A stretch of 64,000 nt of DNA from positions 30,492-94,491 of IMG/VR virus record IMGVR_UViG_3300033182_000581. One strand, written 5' to 3'. A program made the translations under genes and the position numbers. This document shows positions 47,432 to 57,732 of the stretch, piece after piece (within the stretch, counting starts at the first letter, position 1; the number at the start of each line of letters is the position of its first letter). Below the pieces are notes generated by a model. That model ran no database searches. It had not been told where the DNA came from and was given only the letters and a program-made list of their open reading frames with translations. The stretch comes from a virus.

Positions 47432-48126
47432 AAATAGCTGTATACACATCCATCTTCGGTGGATATGACAATTTGATTGAAGACCAATTCCAAATGGAAG
47501 GGGTTGACTATATTTGCTTTACCGATAGAGATATTGAGTCTAAAACGTGGACGGTCGTTAAATCAACACCAATTTATAATGACCCTAATAGAAACGCAAA
47601 GAAGTATAAGGTTCTACCACATAGGTATCTGAAAGATTACGATTGGTCGGTTTGGATTGATGGTAATATAAAAATCATTTCAGATGTAAGACCATTGTGT
47701 AATGGTGATGTATATAAATTATACGACCATATGCAAGTCTTTGATAAGAGAAATTGTATCTATGATGAAGCACAGGCAATCCTAAACTTCGGTAAGATAA
47801 ACTCCGAACGATATCCTGAAAAGGGTATCAAGAATTGGAAAGATAACCCACGATTGATAGTAGAACAAATGAATCGCTATATTTCAGAGGGATATCCAAA
47901 ACAAAATGGATTGGCTACAACACCAATTATGGTTCGTTCACATCACGATGAAGATGTTATCAAACACAATGAAGATTGGTGGAATGAAATTAAATATAAC
48001 TCAAAAAGAGACCAGTTGAGTTTTAATTATATCGCTTGGAAAAATGAATTTAATTTTGTATATTTGAAAGGAGATTCACGAAATAATGAATATTTTGTGA
48101 GTATGGGTAAACATATAGGAAAATAA
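47428..48126 (+). CDS. DUF616-type glycosyltransferase
   Basis: VYTSIFGGYD, CFTD, KVLPH, WIDGN, RNCIYDEA, RDQLSF. Confidence 0.82.
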   Translation: MKIAVYTSIFGGYDNLIEDQFQMEGVDYICFTDRDIESKTWTVVKSTPIYNDPNRNAKKYKVLPHRYLKDYDWSVWIDGNIKIISDVRPLCNGDVYKLYDHMQVFDKRNCIYDEAQAILNFGKINSERYPEKGIKNWKDNPRLIVEQMNRYISEGYPKQNGLATTPIMVRSHHDEDVIKHNEDWWNEIKYNSKRDQLSFNYIAWKNEFNFVYLKGDSRNNEYFVSMGKHIGK

Positions 48127-48128
48127 TT

Positions 48129-49556
48129 ATGAAACATTCTCCAATAAATTTAGATTACTTTTTAGATATGGAAATCGCCAATGGTGGTCCAAGTAAACAA
48201 ATAGTAACACTAAATGGTAAGCTGAAAACGATTAGGGATTTAGTTACATATTGGAAATCCGCACCAAAACCAAATTTAACTCCTGAGACATGGCAATATT
48301 ACAATTGTATGATTGCAGGGTTCAGACGGGGTGTGGATAATCATCATGATATAGGATGGGATTCTTTAACAAAAGAATACTATGATTCATTAGAGCCGAT
48401 GGATGATGATGAAATAACTGAGTTTTTGGAAGAAAACCCAGTTGAGTTTAATAATGGGTTTATCAAACATAGCTACCACAGAGCACTCGCTATGGTTGGT
48501 AGATTAATTAAAGGGGAGAGTTATATTCCTTTTTATATGGAAACCTCTCAGATTTATGATTTACCAAGAAAAGAAGATGGTAAGTTACGAACTACTAAAT
48601 TAACATCTAAGTTGAAACATCTATCTAAATTAGATGAAATGGGTATTAGTAGAAATGAATATTGTTTATGTCAAAGTTCTATTTTATCAGTTATGGGTGT
48701 TAGAGATAATGATGATTTAGATATAATCATTTCATCTAAACTAAGAAAACAAAACATAACATTCCCAACTGGTATTGATGTATTTGATGCAGATAGAAAG
48801 AAGTTTGATTACTTTGGTGCAGATGGTGATGATGATATATTGGAAAATTATTGTATCAATATAGATGGGTATAAGTTCTTAGAACCACGTTTTTATTTTG
48901 CAAGAAAAAATACAAATACCCATAGAGATAAAAGTGATTGGGAAGGTATTGGTGAGTTTTTCAAAAGAGAATCTCATAAAGGGTATCCATTTAATTTTGA
49001 ATTCTACAAATGGGGATTGCCTAATTTTGTAGAGCGTATAAAATTATCAACATTAGATTTAGAATCATTAGTGTTAGTAAAAGATAAATACGATAGAGTT
49101 GTTAATGGTATTAATCAAGGAAGAGCAGTTTATGCTGGATTGGGTTATTATGTAAAAATATTTCATCCTGAATATTGTAGATTACAAAACTTTAGAGATG
49201 CATTGAGTAGTGGATTCTTAAATGGATTAGTACCATCGTTGACTCATCTAATAGAAGATGATGATAAAAATATAATAGGGTATGTTACATTATCAGGTAA
49301 AATATTATCAGAAAACGAATCTCATTTTGAAAAGATTCCAGAATACTTTATTAGAACTGTATTAAGAAATTGTCAAAAAAGAAAGAAAGTATTTTACGAT
49401 TTAGTTCCTATTAACATTATCAGAGACTTATACTATAATCAGCTCAGTTTGATTGATTTAGAAAGTGTTTACGATTTGAATAGATTAGATGATATGAAAA
49501 AGCACAACGCAGAACTAAAACCATCTAATCTTTTAGAAATGATAGATAAGATATGA
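48129..49556 (+). CDS. Multidomain protein: ParB/Srx-like + nucleotidyltransferase-like + kinase-like
   Basis: HSYHR; SSILSVMGVRDNDDLDII; YVKIF...YDLVPINI...LIDLE. Confidence 0.45.
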   Translation: MKHSPINLDYFLDMEIANGGPSKQIVTLNGKLKTIRDLVTYWKSAPKPNLTPETWQYYNCMIAGFRRGVDNHHDIGWDSLTKEYYDSLEPMDDDEITEFLEENPVEFNNGFIKHSYHRALAMVGRLIKGESYIPFYMETSQIYDLPRKEDGKLRTTKLTSKLKHLSKLDEMGISRNEYCLCQSSILSVMGVRDNDDLDIIISSKLRKQNITFPTGIDVFDADRKKFDYFGADGDDDILENYCINIDGYKFLEPRFYFARKNTNTHRDKSDWEGIGEFFKRESHKGYPFNFEFYKWGLPNFVERIKLSTLDLESLVLVKDKYDRVVNGINQGRAVYAGLGYYVKIFHPEYCRLQNFRDALSSGFLNGLVPSLTHLIEDDDKNIIGYVTLSGKILSENESHFEKIPEYFIRTVLRNCQKRKKVFYDLVPINIIRDLYYNQLSLIDLESVYDLNRLDDMKKHNAELKPSNLLEMIDKI

Positions 49557-50380
49557 AAGTATTAGTTACAGGTGGCGCGGGGTTCGTAGGAACAAATCTT
49601 ATTAAACAATTGTTGGAAGATGGTCATACCGTTATATCAATTGATAATTACAGTACTGGTTTAAAAGAAAACCATCAAGAGGGTTGTTTCTATCTCGAAG
49701 GTGATGTTCGTAAGTTTGATTTGCCATTTGAAGTAGATGTGGTTTTTCATATGGCTGCAGTTGCAAGAATCCAACCATCATTTGAAAGACCTGATGATTA
49801 CATTACTACAAATTTTAATGGAACGTATGAAATTGTTAAATTTTGTGTAGAGCGAAATGTTCCATTGATTTATGCAGGTTCATCATCTAAACATAGTGGT
49901 AGATTCAAAAATCCATATACATTCTCAAAAGATTTGGGAGAGGATATCATCACATTGTATCAGAAACATTTTGGATTAAACGCAACTATCACAAGATTTT
50001 ATAATGTATATGGGCCGCACCAACTAACTGAAGGGGGATATACTACATTGATTGGTAGATGGATTCATAATATTGAAAATGGTATTCAATGTGAGATTTA
50101 TGGAGATGGTGAACAAAGAAGAGATTTTACTCACGTTGATGATATTGTAAGTGCATTGATGATGATAATGTATCAGAAAGAATACGGACATGAGTTTGAA
50201 CTTGGTAGAGGTAAAAACTATTCTGTAAACGAAATTGCAGATATGTTTGGTATTACTCCTATATATAAAGAGGCAAAACCAGGTGAGGCAAGAGAAACCT
50301 TAAACACCGATGATGCAGCTTATGATGTGTTGGGGTGGGTTGCAACTACAAATATTGAAGATTATATAAAAGAGTTATGA
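49553..50380 (+). CDS. NAD-dependent nucleotide-sugar epimerase/dehydratase
   Basis: TGGAGFVG, YTFSK, RFYNVYGP, GDGEQRRDFTHVDD. Confidence 0.92.
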   Translation: MKVLVTGGAGFVGTNLIKQLLEDGHTVISIDNYSTGLKENHQEGCFYLEGDVRKFDLPFEVDVVFHMAAVARIQPSFERPDDYITTNFNGTYEIVKFCVERNVPLIYAGSSSKHSGRFKNPYTFSKDLGEDIITLYQKHFGLNATITRFYNVYGPHQLTEGGYTTLIGRWIHNIENGIQCEIYGDGEQRRDFTHVDDIVSALMMIMYQKEYGHEFELGRGKNYSVNEIADMFGITPIYKEAKPGEARETLNTDDAAYDVLGWVATTNIEDYIKEL

Positions 50381-51141
50381 AAAACGTAGTATTCATACCA
50401 AATGTTGATTTAGGAAATGGTCGTAGTACACCATACCACTACTCAGTAAAGAGTTGGAAAAAATGGTGTGATATGAATGGTGTTGAGTTCATTGAATGGA
50501 CTGAACCAATTACCGATGTATCTCATTTTAAGATAACCCTTCAGAGATATTGGGTACATGATATATTAGAACATAATGGTATTGATTACGACCAGGTTTT
50601 AATTGTCGATGCAGATACTATTATTCACCCAAATACACCTAATTTTTTTAATGAAACAAATGGTAAGTTTGGAGTGGTTCTAAATAACGGATGTTATGAA
50701 TGGACTACCAGAAGTATTAAGAATTGGGGAAACGCATTATTTAAGGAACAACCCAAATTGAATACTTGGGAATATTTCAATGGTGGGTTTCAAATCACAA
50801 ATAAATCACATATACCATTTTACAAAGAGGTTCAGAAATATTATTGGGATAATATCGAAACTATCAATATGTGGAATGATAGAATCAAAGCAGGTACTGA
50901 CCAAACAATTATTAACTATCTTACAAAACTACATAAGATTGATGTAACTTATATGAGTGAGTGTTATAACCTACAAGACCTATTCAGAAAAAATCTATTA
51001 TATATACCAAATCATTCTTGGTGGAAAGATGAGTTGAGGTTCTTAGAAGCGGGATGGGTATATCACTTTAATGCAATTCCATCAAACCCAAGAGATGTAT
51101 CATATTGGATGGAACGTACATATAAACATTTATACGAATGA
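50377..51141 (+). CDS. Glycosyltransferase, GT-A (GT8/GT34-like)
   Basis: VDADT, YFNGG, DQTIINY, YHF. Confidence 0.8.
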   Translation: MKNVVFIPNVDLGNGRSTPYHYSVKSWKKWCDMNGVEFIEWTEPITDVSHFKITLQRYWVHDILEHNGIDYDQVLIVDADTIIHPNTPNFFNETNGKFGVVLNNGCYEWTTRSIKNWGNALFKEQPKLNTWEYFNGGFQITNKSHIPFYKEVQKYYWDNIETINMWNDRIKAGTDQTIINYLTKLHKIDVTYMSECYNLQDLFRKNLLYIPNHSWWKDELRFLEAGWVYHFNAIPSNPRDVSYWMERTYKHLYE

Positions 51142-52064
51142 AAGTAGCATTTTTTACTGAGATGGGATTCAATGGTAAAGTACCAAGAACCCATAAGAAT
51201 ATGAGAACTGAGTTTGCGTGGATGGTTTCGTTGGAAGCAGACCATTATAATCTGAATGATACACCACAACAATTTTATCAGTTGGGTATTGTAATCACTC
51301 CAAAGAATTCACCTGAAAAAGTTGATGTTGGTAGATTGAAACATTTTTGCAACCAGATTGCTGTGATGCAAGAGGGCCCATTTTGGTACTTCCAAGATTA
51401 CGAACTATCAAATCAGATTCACTATTTTAATAATTTAGTTGAAGCTGATATCATATATGCACATAATAAGCAGGATGCTAAATATTATAAGGGGTTAACA
51501 AATCACAAAGATGTTAGAGTTTTACAATCATTGATGATAAAAGATGCTCTTTGGGATATCCAAGAACAACATCCTGAGGGTAGAGATGGTATTATGATTG
51601 GTGGTAATATGAAGAGTTGGTATGGTGGTTTTGATTCATTTATGTTAGCATCTTCAGTAACCGATGAAATCTATTCACCACAAATGGGTAGACGGCAAGA
51701 TGGTGAGAGTGAGTTGGGTATTACTCAATTACCATATTTAGAATGGGATAAGTGGATTTCCGAACTAAGTAAGAGAAAGATAGGTATCCATATGATGAGA
51801 ACTCATGCAGCTGGTACGTTTGCAATGAATTGCTCTTATTTAGGAATCCCTTGTGTTGGTTATAGAGGATTAGATACACAAAGGGAGTTACACCCAAATC
51901 TATCAGTAGAGGATGGTGATTTGGATACTGCAAGAGAATTAGTAAAAAAGTTGTGGAATGATTTGGATTTCTACGAAGAAAATCGTATATTAACAGTTAA
52001 GTTGTATAAAGAAAAATACTCTGAAGAAGAGTGGAAAAGAAAGTTTTATAATGAGTTTAAGTAA
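51138..52064 (+). CDS. Putative glycosyltransferase (GT-B-like)
   Basis: AGTFAMNCSYLGIPCVG C-terminal motif; glycan island context. Confidence 0.6.
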   Translation: MKVAFFTEMGFNGKVPRTHKNMRTEFAWMVSLEADHYNLNDTPQQFYQLGIVITPKNSPEKVDVGRLKHFCNQIAVMQEGPFWYFQDYELSNQIHYFNNLVEADIIYAHNKQDAKYYKGLTNHKDVRVLQSLMIKDALWDIQEQHPEGRDGIMIGGNMKSWYGGFDSFMLASSVTDEIYSPQMGRRQDGESELGITQLPYLEWDKWISELSKRKIGIHMMRTHAAGTFAMNCSYLGIPCVGYRGLDTQRELHPNLSVEDGDLDTARELVKKLWNDLDFYEENRILTVKLYKEKYSEEEWKRKFYNEFK

Positions 52065-52413
52065 AAAAGATAATTATAAAGAAGAAAGACCGTGGGGTGA
52101 TTTTGAAAACCTCTTAGATAATGATAAGTGTAAAGTCAAAAGAATTGTAATTAAACCTGGTCATGCACCAAGTTATCAATACCACTTTAAAAGGTCTGAA
52201 GTTTGGATTTTAGTAGAGGGTAGTGGTGAGTTAAAACTTAATGATGAACTACACAATGTAACTGTAGGTGATGTATTACAAATTCCAGTTGAAGCAAAAC
52301 ATCAAATGAAAAATACGGGTGGTACGGATTTAGTATTTATTGAAGTTCAGTTAGGTACTTACTTTGGTGAAGATGATATTGTTAGATTAGAGGATAACTA
52401 TGGTAGAGTATAA
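52051..52413 (+). CDS. Cupin, mannose-6-phosphate isomerase type II-like
   Basis: RPWG, SYQYHFKRSEVW, IEVQLGTYFGEDDIVRLED. Confidence 0.9.
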   Translation: MSLSKKDNYKEERPWGDFENLLDNDKCKVKRIVIKPGHAPSYQYHFKRSEVWILVEGSGELKLNDELHNVTVGDVLQIPVEAKHQMKNTGGTDLVFIEVQLGTYFGEDDIVRLEDNYGRV

Positions 52414-53944
52414 GGTACTGATAACAACAAGTGGTATTGGTAGTAGATTGGGTAAACTCACCAACTATACAAATAAATGTTTAGTTAGGGTGGGTGATAT
52501 TCCTGCGATTTCTCATATAATCGAAAGTTATCCATTAGATACTAAATTTGTAATAACTTTAGGTCATTACGGTGATTATGTAAGGCAGTTTTTAGAACTG
52601 ACTTATAATGATAGGAATTTTACATTTGTGAATGTAGATAAGTATGAGGGAGATGGTAGTAGTTTGGGATATTCAATACTCACTGCCAAATCAGAACTAC
52701 AATGTCCATTCATATTTCATGCAAGTGATACGATACTTCCAAATTTAGAAATACCCAATACAAATTCGAATTGGTGTGTTGGTGCATACAAAAAAGAAAC
52801 ATCTCAATACAGAACCTTAAAGATAAGTAATGGGTATGTAGATACTATCAATGAGAAAGGTGAAATCAACTTTGATTATCCATATGTTGGTGTATGTGGT
52901 ATTAACGATTATAATCTATTTTGGGAATGTTTAGAGGAATTGGATAATCATCATGGGTTATCAGATGCACACGTAATCAACAAAATGTTAAACCACAATA
53001 CTGAGTTCAAATTTTATGAAGCAAAACTTTGGTTAGATATTGGAAATACGAATGAACTTAATAACGCCAGAAATCACTTTGGCCAAACAATTGATGTGTT
53101 AGATAAAGAGAATGAATCTATTTTCTTCTTTGAAGATTTTGTGGTAAAGTTTTTCTCAGATACTAAAGTTAACCAGAATAGAGTAAAACGGGCTGAATTA
53201 TTAAATGGATTAGTTCCTACTATTTTGGGTAGTACAGAAAACTTCTACAAATACAAAAAGGCAGATGGTAAGTTATTTTCTAAATCAGTAAATACAAAAA
53301 GTTTTTCTAAGTTTTTAGATTGGGCTCAAAGTGAATTGTGGATACCATCAATTAAATCAACAGGTGATTCTGATTTTAACAATCTTTGTTGGGAGTTCTA
53401 TATAGATAAAACCAAAAAAAGAGTTCTTCAATATTTGGATGGAAAATCAGATACACCTCAATTAATCAATGGAGTTGAAATTCCATCTGTATTAGATATT
53501 ATAGATTCTTTAGATAAAGAATGGTTGACCGATGGATTGCCATCTCAGTTTCATGGGGATTTTATTCTTGATAATATCATAGAAACTCAGAATGGATATA
53601 CATTAATAGATTGGAGACAGGATTTTGGTGGAGATTTGGAAGTGGGTGATATTTACTACGATTTAGCAAAGTTAAATCACAACTTAGTAGTTAATCATGA
53701 AATAGTATCAAATGGTAACTTCAATTCAGATACTGATAATTGTTACATATTGTGTAATTCAAAATTAGTTGAGTGTACAAATATCCTACATAATTTTATA
53801 AAAACTAAAGGATATGATTTGAAAAAGGTAAAGGTGTTGACTGGAATCATATGGATTAATATGGCACCATTACATGAATATCCATTTAATAAGTTTTTAT
53901 TCAATTATGGAAAATATATATTAACAAAGGAATTAGGGTTATGA
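52400..53944 (+). CDS. Sugar-phosphate nucleotidyltransferase fused to APH/choline-kinase-like phosphotransferase
   Basis: SGIGSRL...NKCL, WLDIG; FHGDFILDNI, LIDWR, YYDLAKL. Confidence 0.85.
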   Translation: MVEYKVLITTSGIGSRLGKLTNYTNKCLVRVGDIPAISHIIESYPLDTKFVITLGHYGDYVRQFLELTYNDRNFTFVNVDKYEGDGSSLGYSILTAKSELQCPFIFHASDTILPNLEIPNTNSNWCVGAYKKETSQYRTLKISNGYVDTINEKGEINFDYPYVGVCGINDYNLFWECLEELDNHHGLSDAHVINKMLNHNTEFKFYEAKLWLDIGNTNELNNARNHFGQTIDVLDKENESIFFFEDFVVKFFSDTKVNQNRVKRAELLNGLVPTILGSTENFYKYKKADGKLFSKSVNTKSFSKFLDWAQSELWIPSIKSTGDSDFNNLCWEFYIDKTKKRVLQYLDGKSDTPQLINGVEIPSVLDIIDSLDKEWLTDGLPSQFHGDFILDNIIETQNGYTLIDWRQDFGGDLEVGDIYYDLAKLNHNLVVNHEIVSNGNFNSDTDNCYILCNSKLVECTNILHNFIKTKGYDLKKVKVLTGIIWINMAPLHEYPFNKFLFNYGKYILTKELGL

Positions 53945-54888
53945 GTAATGTAAAATATTTTATCGGGCCCATGACAAAGAATGTTGTAGATGCCATTTTA
54001 GAATTTTCAGAAGAAACTGAAAATGTTATTGGATTTATACCATCTCGTAGACAAGTAGAGTGGGATGGTGGATACGTTAATAATTGGACTACAAAAGAAT
54101 TTTCGGAATATGTAAACGGTAGATTACCAATTAAAAGAGACCACTCAGGCCCTGGCCAGGGATATATTGATGATGATGGATTTGAATCACTTAAAGAAGA
54201 TTGTAAGTATTTAGATTACATTCATATAGACCCCTGGAAAAAATATCCAAAATACGATGATGGGTTGGATTGGACTGTAAAAATGATTGAGTTCTGTTAT
54301 GAGTTAAATCCTAATATTCAGTATGAGATTGGAACTGAACAGGCTATTAGAGAGTTTGATGCAGATGAGTTAGATGACTTTGTTAATGATGTAAACAAAA
54401 GATTACCATTTCAGATATTCAAAAAAATAACACATTTAGTAATACAAAGTGGAACATCTTTAAAAGGAAATGTAAATACGGGCGAGTATGATTCTGAGAG
54501 ATTAACTGAGATGTTGGATGTTGCATCAAAATGGGGATTGATATCAAAAGAACATAATGGTGATTACATACCCGTTGAATTAATTAAAGAAAAAATGTCA
54601 TTAGGATTAGATTCCATAAATATCGCGCCAGAATTTGGTTTAATTGAAACAATTTCGTATATTGAATCAAATATTGATATCGATAAGTTTTGGAAAATAT
54701 GCTATGATTCAAAAAGATGGGAAAAGTGGGTAGATGATTCATTTGACCCTATCAACCAAAAAGAAGATTTGATTAAGATTTGTGGACATTACGTTTTATC
54801 TCATCCAGATTTTATATCTATTAAACCAGATATTGATGATGTTATAAAACAAAATGTAAAGAAAAAGTTATATGAGTTATACAGATAA
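53941..54888 (+). CDS. GatZ/KbaZ-like TIM-barrel ketose-phosphate aldolase/epimerase
   Basis: SRRQV...GGY, RDHSGP, IHIDP, YEIGTE, KEHNGDY, NIAPEFG. Confidence 0.75.
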   Translation: MSNVKYFIGPMTKNVVDAILEFSEETENVIGFIPSRRQVEWDGGYVNNWTTKEFSEYVNGRLPIKRDHSGPGQGYIDDDGFESLKEDCKYLDYIHIDPWKKYPKYDDGLDWTVKMIEFCYELNPNIQYEIGTEQAIREFDADELDDFVNDVNKRLPFQIFKKITHLVIQSGTSLKGNVNTGEYDSERLTEMLDVASKWGLISKEHNGDYIPVELIKEKMSLGLDSINIAPEFGLIETISYIESNIDIDKFWKICYDSKRWEKWVDDSFDPINQKEDLIKICGHYVLSHPDFISIKPDIDDVIKQNVKKKLYELYR

Positions 54889-55243
54889 ACGGCCCCTTAC
54901 TATTTTTTGTGATATTGATGGAACGTTGGTAAAGCATAGTAAACCAACCGATTCTCAAAAACCAACTCATACCTTAGAGTTACTTGATGGTACTTTAGAA
55001 AAATTATTGGAGTGGGATAAGATGGGATACAATATAATACTAACAACCGGTAGGAAAGAAAGTTTACGTTCAGTTACAGAATTGCAGCTAAGTAAAGCCG
55101 GTATCATATATGACCAATTGATTATGGGTATTGGTGGTGGTAAACGATATCTGATTAATGATAGAAAACCATATGGTACTGGGGATTACGCAGTTGCAAT
55201 TAATATCGATAGAAATGTAGGTATTAAAGATTTAGAATTATGA
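54872..55243 (+). CDS. HAD-superfamily phosphatase
   Basis: DIDGTL, TTGR, YDQLIMG, LINDRK. Confidence 0.88.
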   Translation: MSYTDKRPLTIFCDIDGTLVKHSKPTDSQKPTHTLELLDGTLEKLLEWDKMGYNIILTTGRKESLRSVTELQLSKAGIIYDQLIMGIGGGKRYLINDRKPYGTGDYAVAINIDRNVGIKDLEL

Positions 55244-56001
55244 AAGTAGCATTGTGTTTTTATGGATTATTGGGTAGTGTAAAAGGAAAATCAGGTGATG
55301 CTGAAAAAAGTTCATCTGATGTTTTGGATATTGCGTTTAATCATGTTAAAAAACACATATTAGATGTAAATGATATAGATGTCTTTATACACTCTTGGGA
55401 TGTAGATTTGAAAGAAGAGATAGTATCTTTATACAAACCAAAGGGTAGTAAGTTTGAACAAACCAAAACATTTAAAATAGAACCACCATTAACAGATACT
55501 CGTAGAGTTCAGAACCATTATAGTAGATGGTACTCTTGTAGAGAAGTAATGAGATTAAAGAAAACGTATGAGATTGAAAACAATTTCAAATATGATTTTG
55601 TAGCACTATCTCGACAAGATATTGCGTGGCAAACTGATGTTGATTTTTCAAAGTTTGATACAAATTACTTTTATGTACCAAATTGGAGACAACAATTCAA
55701 TGGTGCACAAATGGGATGGCCACATGGTGCATACAATCGCTCTTTACAAGATATTTGGTGTTTTGGTAATTCAGATGATATGGATAGATTTGTAGACATA
55801 TATGAAAACATACAACAATACAGTATTGATAATCCAGACCTGATGGGTAATAAAGGTATATCAAATCACAGATTAATGTATCATCAATTAGTTCTTATGA
55901 AAATATTACCATTAAGATTAAAGTTTGCGTTCAATCACGATTTAGTAGAACGTTCTGATATGCCGTTAGTAAGGTATAAGTTTTTTGGAGATACAACATA
56001 A
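55240..56001 (+). CDS. Hypothetical glycan-related protein (probable glycosyltransferase)
   Basis: KVALCFYG, DVFIHSW, YDFVALSRQD. Confidence 0.6.
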   Translation: MKVALCFYGLLGSVKGKSGDAEKSSSDVLDIAFNHVKKHILDVNDIDVFIHSWDVDLKEEIVSLYKPKGSKFEQTKTFKIEPPLTDTRRVQNHYSRWYSCREVMRLKKTYEIENNFKYDFVALSRQDIAWQTDVDFSKFDTNYFYVPNWRQQFNGAQMGWPHGAYNRSLQDIWCFGNSDDMDRFVDIYENIQQYSIDNPDLMGNKGISNHRLMYHQLVLMKILPLRLKFAFNHDLVERSDMPLVRYKFFGDTT

Positions 56002-56002
56002 A

Positions 56003-56034
56003 TTTGGATAATTCAAATATTATTCGTATATTAG
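56003..56034 (+). promoter_or_regulatory. Bacteroidota-type promoter
   Basis: TTTG 56003, TATATTAG 56027; nearly identical to the 21033 promoter. Confidence 0.75.
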
Positions 56035-56058
56035 TAGTTAAAATAGAAAAGTTTTATA

Positions 56059-57255
56059 ATGAGTTTAAGCAAAAAAGATATAAGTTTTATTACTCCCAGC
56101 AGAAACAATCTAAAATATTTGAAATGGGCGTATGACTCAATCAGAAAGAACGCCGGAGAAGAACCAACCATTTGTGTTGCTGATGATTTCAGTAACGATG
56201 GAACTTGGGAGTGGTGTAAGGAAATGATGGAGAAAGACCCAAATTTTAAAGCAATCAGAAACGAAGGCCCAACCAGATTAGGACATACAATCTTATATGA
56301 TAGATTGATTAACGAAGTTGCGTCAACAAAGATTGTGGGTATCTATCATGCAGATATGTATCTTTGTCCAAATGCATTGGAATCGGTGTTAAAACATATC
56401 AAACCGTTGAGTGTAGTATCACTCACGCGTATTGAGCCAGATTTACATCCACCAGGGCCTGAGAAAGCATTGATTAAAAATGCACCAACTGAACCTGAAG
56501 ATTTTGATGAGAATTGGTTCTTGAACTATTTTGATAGTGAATATTTACCAATGGCTAAAAATAAAACTACTGATGGTATATTTGCACCCTGGTTCTTATT
56601 CAAAGAAGATTTTCAATCAATTGGTGGACATGACCCGTTATATGCACCACAATCAAAAGAAGATTCTGATATATTCAACCGATTCCTTTTGAATGGATAC
56701 AAACTTATTCAGACGTGGGAAGGTGCTGTGTTTCATTTGACTTGTAGGGGAAGTAGATATAACCCAACTCTAACTGAAGTAGGTAAAGAATCAGATGAGT
56801 GGTTGGCACAAAACATTCGTTCTACTCGCAACTTTATCAGAAAATGGGGCCACTTTGTAAAGCATGATGCATATATGATGCCAATAGTACCACCAAAGTA
56901 TGATATTCAATTCAATATTGAAAATGGAAATGAGAAGTTATTGAATATGTTAGAACCCTGGTGTAGTAGGATTGTGATTGATTTGGATAAAGATAAAATC
57001 AAAGAATATATTGATTTAGAACAACCAAATACTCAGTTTGATTTGACCAAAAGAATCAATGTAGATGTAGATTCGGATATTGAAATTAGTTTCGATGCAA
57101 ATAAATTAACCCAATATTCATATAATATCATAACTGAGTTATCTATGATACTTGAGAACTCTGAAATTGAGGTTGGTGAGTTTGAATTGGATATATTTAG
57201 AGTGAAAGTAAATAAAGTAAAAACATACGAAAATTCATTGATTCATTTAAAATAG
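56059..57255 (+). CDS. Glycosyltransferase, GT2 family
   Basis: ISFITPSRNN, ADDFSNDGT, HADM, EDSD. Confidence 0.88.
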   Translation: MSLSKKDISFITPSRNNLKYLKWAYDSIRKNAGEEPTICVADDFSNDGTWEWCKEMMEKDPNFKAIRNEGPTRLGHTILYDRLINEVASTKIVGIYHADMYLCPNALESVLKHIKPLSVVSLTRIEPDLHPPGPEKALIKNAPTEPEDFDENWFLNYFDSEYLPMAKNKTTDGIFAPWFLFKEDFQSIGGHDPLYAPQSKEDSDIFNRFLLNGYKLIQTWEGAVFHLTCRGSRYNPTLTEVGKESDEWLAQNIRSTRNFIRKWGHFVKHDAYMMPIVPPKYDIQFNIENGNEKLLNMLEPWCSRIVIDLDKDKIKEYIDLEQPNTQFDLTKRINVDVDSDIEISFDANKLTQYSYNIITELSMILENSEIEVGEFELDIFRVKVNKVKTYENSLIHLK

Positions 57256-57271
57256 TGTATTTATTGATGAT

Positions 57272-57514
57272 ATGAGATACTACATTTTACTTCCAGACGA
57301 TGATGGTAGTGAAGATTATTCTACCAACATTTTAGGTGAAAGTTCTTTTAAAACGTTTTGGACTGAACATGGTTTTGAAATATTTGAGAGGATGGTTCAC
57401 AAATATCCAGATACACTGGAGCACATCATTATTAAAGACGAAAAGGGTAAGGAATATACACCCGAACAATTCTTAGAATCTATAAGTAAATTAACAATTA
57501 AAAGGATGGGCTGA
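57272..57514 (+). CDS. Hypothetical protein
   Basis: 80-aa ORF preceded by a TATTTAT box. Confidence 0.7.
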   Translation: MRYYILLPDDDGSEDYSTNILGESSFKTFWTEHGFEIFERMVHKYPDTLEHIIIKDEKGKEYTPEQFLESISKLTIKRMG

Positions 57515-57732
57515 TGAGTAAATTAAGACTTAATCATATTGATTGGGATAATTACGATGAATTGGATGGACTTTATGATGAATCTATGGAGATGATTCAT
57601 AACAAAAAAAGAAAAAATGGAAAATTTAAAGAAAACGAAAATGAAGAAGGATTTCACCAATCACAGAGGGTGTCTGCCCGAAGGGGAGAGGGTGATAGTT
57701 ATATCAGTAAACGAAGAAAAGCAAGAAGTTAA
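57514..57732 (+). CDS. Hypothetical protein
   Basis: TGATG-coupled 72-aa ORF. Confidence 0.55.
   Translation: MSKLRLNHIDWDNYDELDGLYDESMEMIHNKKRKNGKFKENENEEGFHQSQRVSARRGEGDSYISKRRKARS

Noticed and set aside
39720-57255. Bacterial O-antigen/capsule locus (host contamination)
   Set aside because: It is continuous with phage genes, shares their promoter motifs and apparent GATC avoidance, and has no wzx/wzy/ABC export genes.
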